Shown: piece by piece, positions 60,167 to 64,000 of the stretch | How positions within the stretch are numbered: the first letter of the stretch is position 1 | Layout of the letters: every line of letters begins with the position of its first letter | Source of the DNA: a bacterium | GTDB lineage: Bacteria > Krumholzibacteriota > Krumholzibacteriia > G020349025 | Length of the DNA: 64,000 nucleotides | Direction: 5' to 3' | NCBI GenBank assembly: GCA_031362565.1 | Contig: JANLSU010000132.1 | Location: forward strand, 14,333 to 78,332 | The notes under the pieces: generated by a model | Told to the model about the DNA's origin: nothing | Database searches by the model: none | The model's input: the letters and a program-made list of their open reading frames with translations, nothing else | Position numbers and translations under genes: made by a program

Positions 60167-60530
60167 CGATGAGATGGACTCCTCCCGCGAGTATCGTACG
60201 GCATCGAAGTGCCAGACTCGCAGAGGCTGCAAACCTGAAGGAGGAGTCCACCGTGGAAAAGAATACCACCCTGGCCGTCGACCTTGCCAAGTCCGTATAC
60301 GAAGTCGCGGTGTCTCAGCACCCGGGCCGCGTGGCAGAGCGCCATCGGTTATCCCGGCCGGCGTTCGAGCGGTTTCTCGCGGAGCGGCCCGCTGCGACAG
60401 TCCTCATGGAAGCCTGCGGCTCAGCGCACCACTGGGGTCGCGTGGCCCGCGATTTGGGTCACGAACCCGTGCTCCTGCCGGCGCATGGCGTGAAGCCCTA
60501 CGTGCTGCGCAACAAGACCGATCGGTCTGA
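60167..60530 (+). mobile_element. Truncated IS1111-type (IS110 family) element
   Basis: Subterminal IR ATGGACTCCTCCC at 60174, with an inverted copy GGAGGAGTCCA at 60240. The transposase from GTG 60253 (DLAK, MEACG, VKPYV, NKTDRSD) breaks at about 60530. Confidence 0.88.
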
Positions 60531-61007
60531 CAAGACCGGCAATACATGGCCTGTCGCAGTCGGGGGCATCGACACGCCCAGCGCCGCCGCAAGCGTTGGC
60601 GCAACGTCCTGCTGCACGGCCGGCATCGAATAGACTCCCGTTCTCACTGCAGGACCCGCGAACATCAGGGGAATCTCGACGTCATAGGCCCACGGGGAGC
60701 CGTGCATGTACGCCACGTCCGGGTCGGGCCGCGTGATGAAGTCGCCTTCACGCGGCACGATCAGGAGTTGCCCGGTTCGTCCGGGAAAGTACGCCCGAGC
60801 GAACATCTCCAGGAAGCGCTGTCGCGCCGCAGGGTCGGCGGCATCAGCCGGCTGCGTACGTGGGAATCGACGCGCGTCGCTCTCCAAGGTTCGCTCGGCC
60901 TGCTGGCCTGAAATCGTGCAAGCCATCGCGAGCATTGTCAGAGCGAAGAGGACGGCACCGCAGACGGTAAACCTCGAAGCGGTGGCGAAGGTACGCGGCG
61001 TTGTCAT
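60498..61007 (-). pseudogene. Alkaline phosphatase/phosphodiesterase-like protein, truncated
   Basis: Signal peptide, HGSPWAYDVEIPLMFAG, DVAPTLA...P..ATG. The 3' end runs into the IS110 sequence. Confidence 0.65.
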
Positions 61008-61120
61008 GGCGCCTCCATCAGCTCAAACCGGACGACGCAGGAACCCGATGCGACCAACGCGCAGAGCCTGCGTCCAGCTTGATTCCCAACCGCACGTCAC
61101 GTCATCCTCCCGCCAGCACG

Positions 61121-61186
61121 GCCTAACGGATTGGCAATAACCTGCGGACGCCGCAGGCGACCGCCAGGTTCATTGCCTTGTTAGAA
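61121..61186 (-). repeat. attC site
   Basis: Minus strand TTCTAAC...GGCAATGAACCTG/CAGGTTATTGCC...GTTAGGC. The ORF stop lies in the inverse core. Confidence 0.9.
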
Positions 61187-62182
61187 TGCCTCACCCGTCA
61201 GGTCGAGAAGAACCCGACCTCCTTGGCCACGTTGCTCTACCAACTCGTGTGCGGTTGCGACTTTATCGAGAGGCAGAACACGCCCGACGGGATAGCCAGC
61301 CCAGCCATGGGCGAGCATCTCCGATAGGTCGGCAGCTGCTCTACGCTTCGCCTCTGCCGGGAAGTCGTCACTCCCAAGGAAGTAGAGCCGCGCGTTCTTG
61401 AAGACCAGGTTCCAGAACGGAATCTCGGGATTCGTTTTGTTCGTGGCGTAGCTTGCGATAGAGCCACCCAACTTCAAGACTTTCTCATCCACGGCCACGT
61501 TCGCCTGGAAGGCCACCTCGACGACATGGTCGACCCCGTCCGAGGCCAGGGCGAGCACACTCTCTACGATCTGCTCCGAGCCTAGCCCGTCCGTCCGGAG
61601 AACTTCGTCCGCGCCCGCGCCGCCAGCTATCGTCGAGTCCGCTTCGCTGCGGACCGTCGCTATGACCCAGGCACCCGCGTGCTTGGCGATCGCCACGGCC
61701 GCCATCCCGACCGCACCGGCCCCACCCTGGACGAGGACCACGCGACCTTTAAAGTCTCCGCCCACGTGAACAGCTCGATGAGCCGTGATGCCGGGGATGC
61801 CCAGACAAGCCCCCTGACCCCAGGAAGCATTCGATGGGAGTGGCGCCACTTGCTCCACCGGCACGACTACGAACTCAGCCGCCGTGCCGAATGGCCGATA
61901 ACTCTGCGCGCCGAAACACCACACTCGCTCACCCACCAGCCCACTAGACACACCCTCGCCAACTGCGTCGATGCTTCCAGAGCCGTCACTGTGAGGGATG
62001 ACTCTCGGGTATGGCATCCCAACACCAAAAGCGTCGCTGCGTTTCTTGACATCGCCCGGGTTGATGCCCGAGCACTGGACCGCGATCCGGACCTCACCCG
62101 GGCCGGGTACTGGATCCTCCATCGTGCCGACAACGAGAACGTTTCGGGCATCACCCTGGGATTCGTACCACGCTGCTTTCAT
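61181..62182 (-). CDS. NADPH:quinone reductase (MDR family), gene cassette
   Basis: GINPGD, PHSDGSG, GTAAE, GGAGAVG. Confidence 0.92.
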   Translation of the reverse strand: MKAAWYESQGDARNVLVVGTMEDPVPGPGEVRIAVQCSGINPGDVKKRSDAFGVGMPYPRVIPHSDGSGSIDAVGEGVSSGLVGERVWCFGAQSYRPFGTAAEFVVVPVEQVAPLPSNASWGQGACLGIPGITAHRAVHVGGDFKGRVVLVQGGAGAVGMAAVAIAKHAGAWVIATVRSEADSTIAGGAGADEVLRTDGLGSEQIVESVLALASDGVDHVVEVAFQANVAVDEKVLKLGGSIASYATNKTNPEIPFWNLVFKNARLYFLGSDDFPAEAKRRAAADLSEMLAHGWAGYPVGRVLPLDKVATAHELVEQRGQGGRVLLDLTGEAF

Positions 62183-62211
62183 GAGTCACTACCGCCATAT
62201 AATCAGAGGCA

Positions 62212-62305
62212 TTCTAACGACATAGCGTTCACGCGCGGGCGCTGAACGCCGAGGACTCATTCTACTAATGACCGCCCGCAGCGCCCGGCGCGTGCACTGT
62301 TGGGC
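62212..62305 (-). repeat. attC site with 5-bp deletion
   Basis: Near-copy of the 62982 attC but lacking ACGCG between GTGCA and CTGTTGGGC. Confidence 0.85.
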
Positions 62306-62309
62306 GCAC

Positions 62310-62338
62310 TTGACGTGCGATATAAGTATTTGTATAAT
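62310..62338 (+). promoter_or_regulatory. Near-consensus sigma70 promoter, probably giving a leaderless mRNA
   Basis: TTGACG-17 bp-TATAAT. ATG lies 6 nt after the -10 element, with no SD. Confidence 0.8.
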
Positions 62339-62344
62339 GACCGC

Positions 62345-62677
62345 ATGGCTGACAAGCCCCTGGTTTGGCTCGGCTCATCCCTCGACGCGCTCCGCGCTTT
62401 CCCAGATGATGCGCGCCAGGCGTCCGGATTTCAACTGCGGCGGGTCCAGCAGGGGCTGCGGCCGACCGACGGGAAACCGATGCCCGCCGTTGGGCCAGGA
62501 GTTGTCGAGATCCGGGTCCACACCCAAACCGAGCACCGTATTTTTTACGTGGCCAAGTTCGCAGAGGCGGTCTACGTACTCCACGCGTTCGAAAAGCGGA
62601 CGCAAAAGACCCCAAAGGCGGAGATCGATGCCGCGAAGAGGCGCCTCGTGGAATTGATGCGAATGCGTGATACCTAG
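62345..62677 (+). CDS. RelE/ParE-superfamily (Gp49-like) toxin
   Basis: KPLVWLGSS, VGPGVVEIR, YVAKF, LHAFEKRTQKTP. Confidence 0.92.
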   Translation: MADKPLVWLGSSLDALRAFPDDARQASGFQLRRVQQGLRPTDGKPMPAVGPGVVEIRVHTQTEHRIFYVAKFAEAVYVLHAFEKRTQKTPKAEIDAAKRRLVELMRMRDT

Positions 62678-62687
62678 GGAGGCTCAG

Positions 62688-62987
62688 ATGACGATGCGAG
62701 TTCGTAAATCCTCCGGCAACGTCTTTCGCGACCTCGGGTACTCACCCGAGGACGCCGATAATTTGAAGGTCCGGTCTGAGCTGATGATCAGCCTCACCCA
62801 GTTGATCGAGTCTCGGGGCCTCACACAAGCACAGGCCGCAAAACTTCTTGGGGTCAGCCAGCCCCGAATCAGCGATCTAATGCGCGGGAAGGTTCAACTC
62901 TTCAGCGTCGACGGCCTCATTGAAATGCTCGGACATGCTGGCGCCCAGGTGACTTTTGTCGTCAAGCATCGCAAACGAGTTGCCTAA
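62688..62987 (+). CDS. HigA-like XRE antitoxin
   Basis: SSGNVFRDLG, LTQAQAAKLLGVSQPRISDL. Stop lies within GCCTAAC. Confidence 0.92.
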   Translation: MTMRVRKSSGNVFRDLGYSPEDADNLKVRSELMISLTQLIESRGLTQAQAAKLLGVSQPRISDLMRGKVQLFSVDGLIEMLGHAGAQVTFVVKHRKRVA

Positions 62988-63080
62988 CGACATAGCGTTC
63001 ACGCGCGTGCGCTGAACGCCTACGATTCATTCTACCGCTGACCAGCCACAGCGCCCAGCGCGTGCAACGCGCTGTTGGGC
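62982..63080 (-). repeat. attC site
   Basis: Minus strand GCCCAAC...TTGCACGCG/CGCGTGAA...GTTAGGC. Confidence 0.92.
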
Positions 63081-63084
63081 GCGG

Positions 63085-63522
63085 CTATTTCCGATCGGAA
63101 GCGGCGAGCTGGCGCTTTGCGTTTCCCCACGGCACACTGACAGTGTTGACGGTCTGTGGAGCTGGGATCGACGGCAAGTGAATCCAGGTTTGCCCTGTCA
63201 GGTACCAAACATCGCCCTGTCGTGACAAAAGATATGAGTCTTCAAACATGGCAATCTCAGAGGTCGGAACCGGCGCGACAAGGGGCTGCCCATCGGCGCC
63301 TCGATGCAGTCCCCAGTTCTGACCGCCCGGACAATCATTCCAACACAACGACCACACGGTTCCGTCTGATCGGATCGCAAGTGTGCGCCCTACTCCCGTG
63401 GAGAGCGCGACTACATGACCGGCGATGCCCACATCCGCCGCTGCCTCGATGGTGAAGAGCAGCAGAGGCAGAGCCACGAATATCGCCCCGAACTGACCAA
63501 GCAATTTTTGCGGCATTGTCAC
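63085..63522 (-). CDS. Secreted hypothetical protein with W-x3-K tail (gene cassette)
   Basis: Signal peptide. RCC1-like TLAIRSDGTVW. Ends TVSVPWGNAKRQL. Confidence 0.7.
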   Translation of the reverse strand: MTMPQKLLGQFGAIFVALPLLLFTIEAAADVGIAGHVVALSTGVGRTLAIRSDGTVWSLCWNDCPGGQNWGLHRGADGQPLVAPVPTSEIAMFEDSYLLSRQGDVWYLTGQTWIHLPSIPAPQTVNTVSVPWGNAKRQLAASDRK

Positions 63523-63583
63523 GAAACCGTACCTCCTCGCGTTCTGACCAGCTCGACAATCATTTGCTCCAGCTCAGCTCTAG

Positions 63584-64000
63584 CCTGGATTTCCACGGAC
63601 CGGAATTCGCCTAACACGGGCCGGTTTTCGTCAGCCTGTGATGCGGAGCGCCCGTCCATTCCACCATGGCACGCTGACCGGTACATCGACAAGTCCTGAG
63701 GCCAAGACGATGGGCAGGTGGGCGCGGCGCTCGAGTTTGACGTGGACTTCGCGGTCCGTGATGTCGACGCGTGCGGGCATATCGACAAGGTCTCGAAAGA
63801 TTTGTCGTGCTTGAGCGTCGGAGTAGCCGCGCATCCGGCGAGCCAGCAGTCGATACAGTCCGCTCGCGACCACGAGCAACGCCATGTCAAAGTCGACCTT
63901 GAGTCCGACGGCAGAGGACAGGGCATTCATGTGAAAGAATCGGACGGCGTCGGAGAGCGCGTTCTCGATGAGCATTCGTTGGGCGTAGCGGGTGATGAGC
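63584..64000 (-). mobile_element. IS end with partial transposase (63631 to >64000), IS1380-like
   Basis: C-terminal IENALSDAVRFFH...LYRLLA...PWW. Candidate IR CCTGGATTTCCA preceded by CTAG. Confidence 0.7.

Larger units (their letters stand above)
56600..63583 (-). mobile_element. Integron gene-cassette array (no intI in window)
   Basis: Six attC sites separating short ORFs. Cassette-start cores are complementary to their own inverse cores. Confidence 0.92.

Noticed and set aside
60167..60252. IS left-end hairpins as the bridge RNA
   Set aside because: Only about 85 bp, and explained by the IR and SD-sequestering structure. In IS1111-type elements the guide region lies downstream of tnp, which is deleted here.
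57099..63080. Repeated CTAACGACATAGCG units as a CRISPR array
   Set aside because: They are separated by whole genes and have attC structure.
1..64000. Integron integrase, tRNA, rRNA or cas genes
   Set aside because: No tyrosine recombinase motifs, cloverleafs, rRNA-like tracts or Cas motifs were recognised by eye.

Overview
High-GC bacterial chromosome segment. The mix of FlgD-Ig/T9SS-like 'PNPFNP' C-terminal domains and 'TW-x3-K' C-terminal tails suggests an FCB-related candidate phylum such as Krumholzibacteriota, Eisenbacteria or Latescibacterota (inference, not tested). From 0 to 46 kb the window holds an ABC-2 exporter, secreted enzymes (di-heme peroxidase, M43 protease, LamG protein), mqnC, thrA, a two-component system and an octaheme cytochrome c. 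It also holds a metal-homeostasis island: a UreH/NiCoT-like permease, a CxxC/RAPP leader ORF preceding an outer-membrane barrel, znuA-like and znuB-like genes, and a divergent fur-feoB-Cys-rich-DtxR/FeoA-rhodanese/K-channel operon with a Fur-type box. From 46.5 to 56.6 kb there is a run of co-oriented small genes with many deletion and frameshift remnants. From about 56.6 kb to the end lies a minus-strand integron cassette array with six attC sites, three toxin-antitoxin cassettes and three IS insertions. One attC is hit twice: by an IS1380-family element in its core site and by an IS1111-type (IS110 family) element. No intI, tRNA, rRNA or CRISPR array was recognised. All family calls come from motif recognition by eye, not from database searches.
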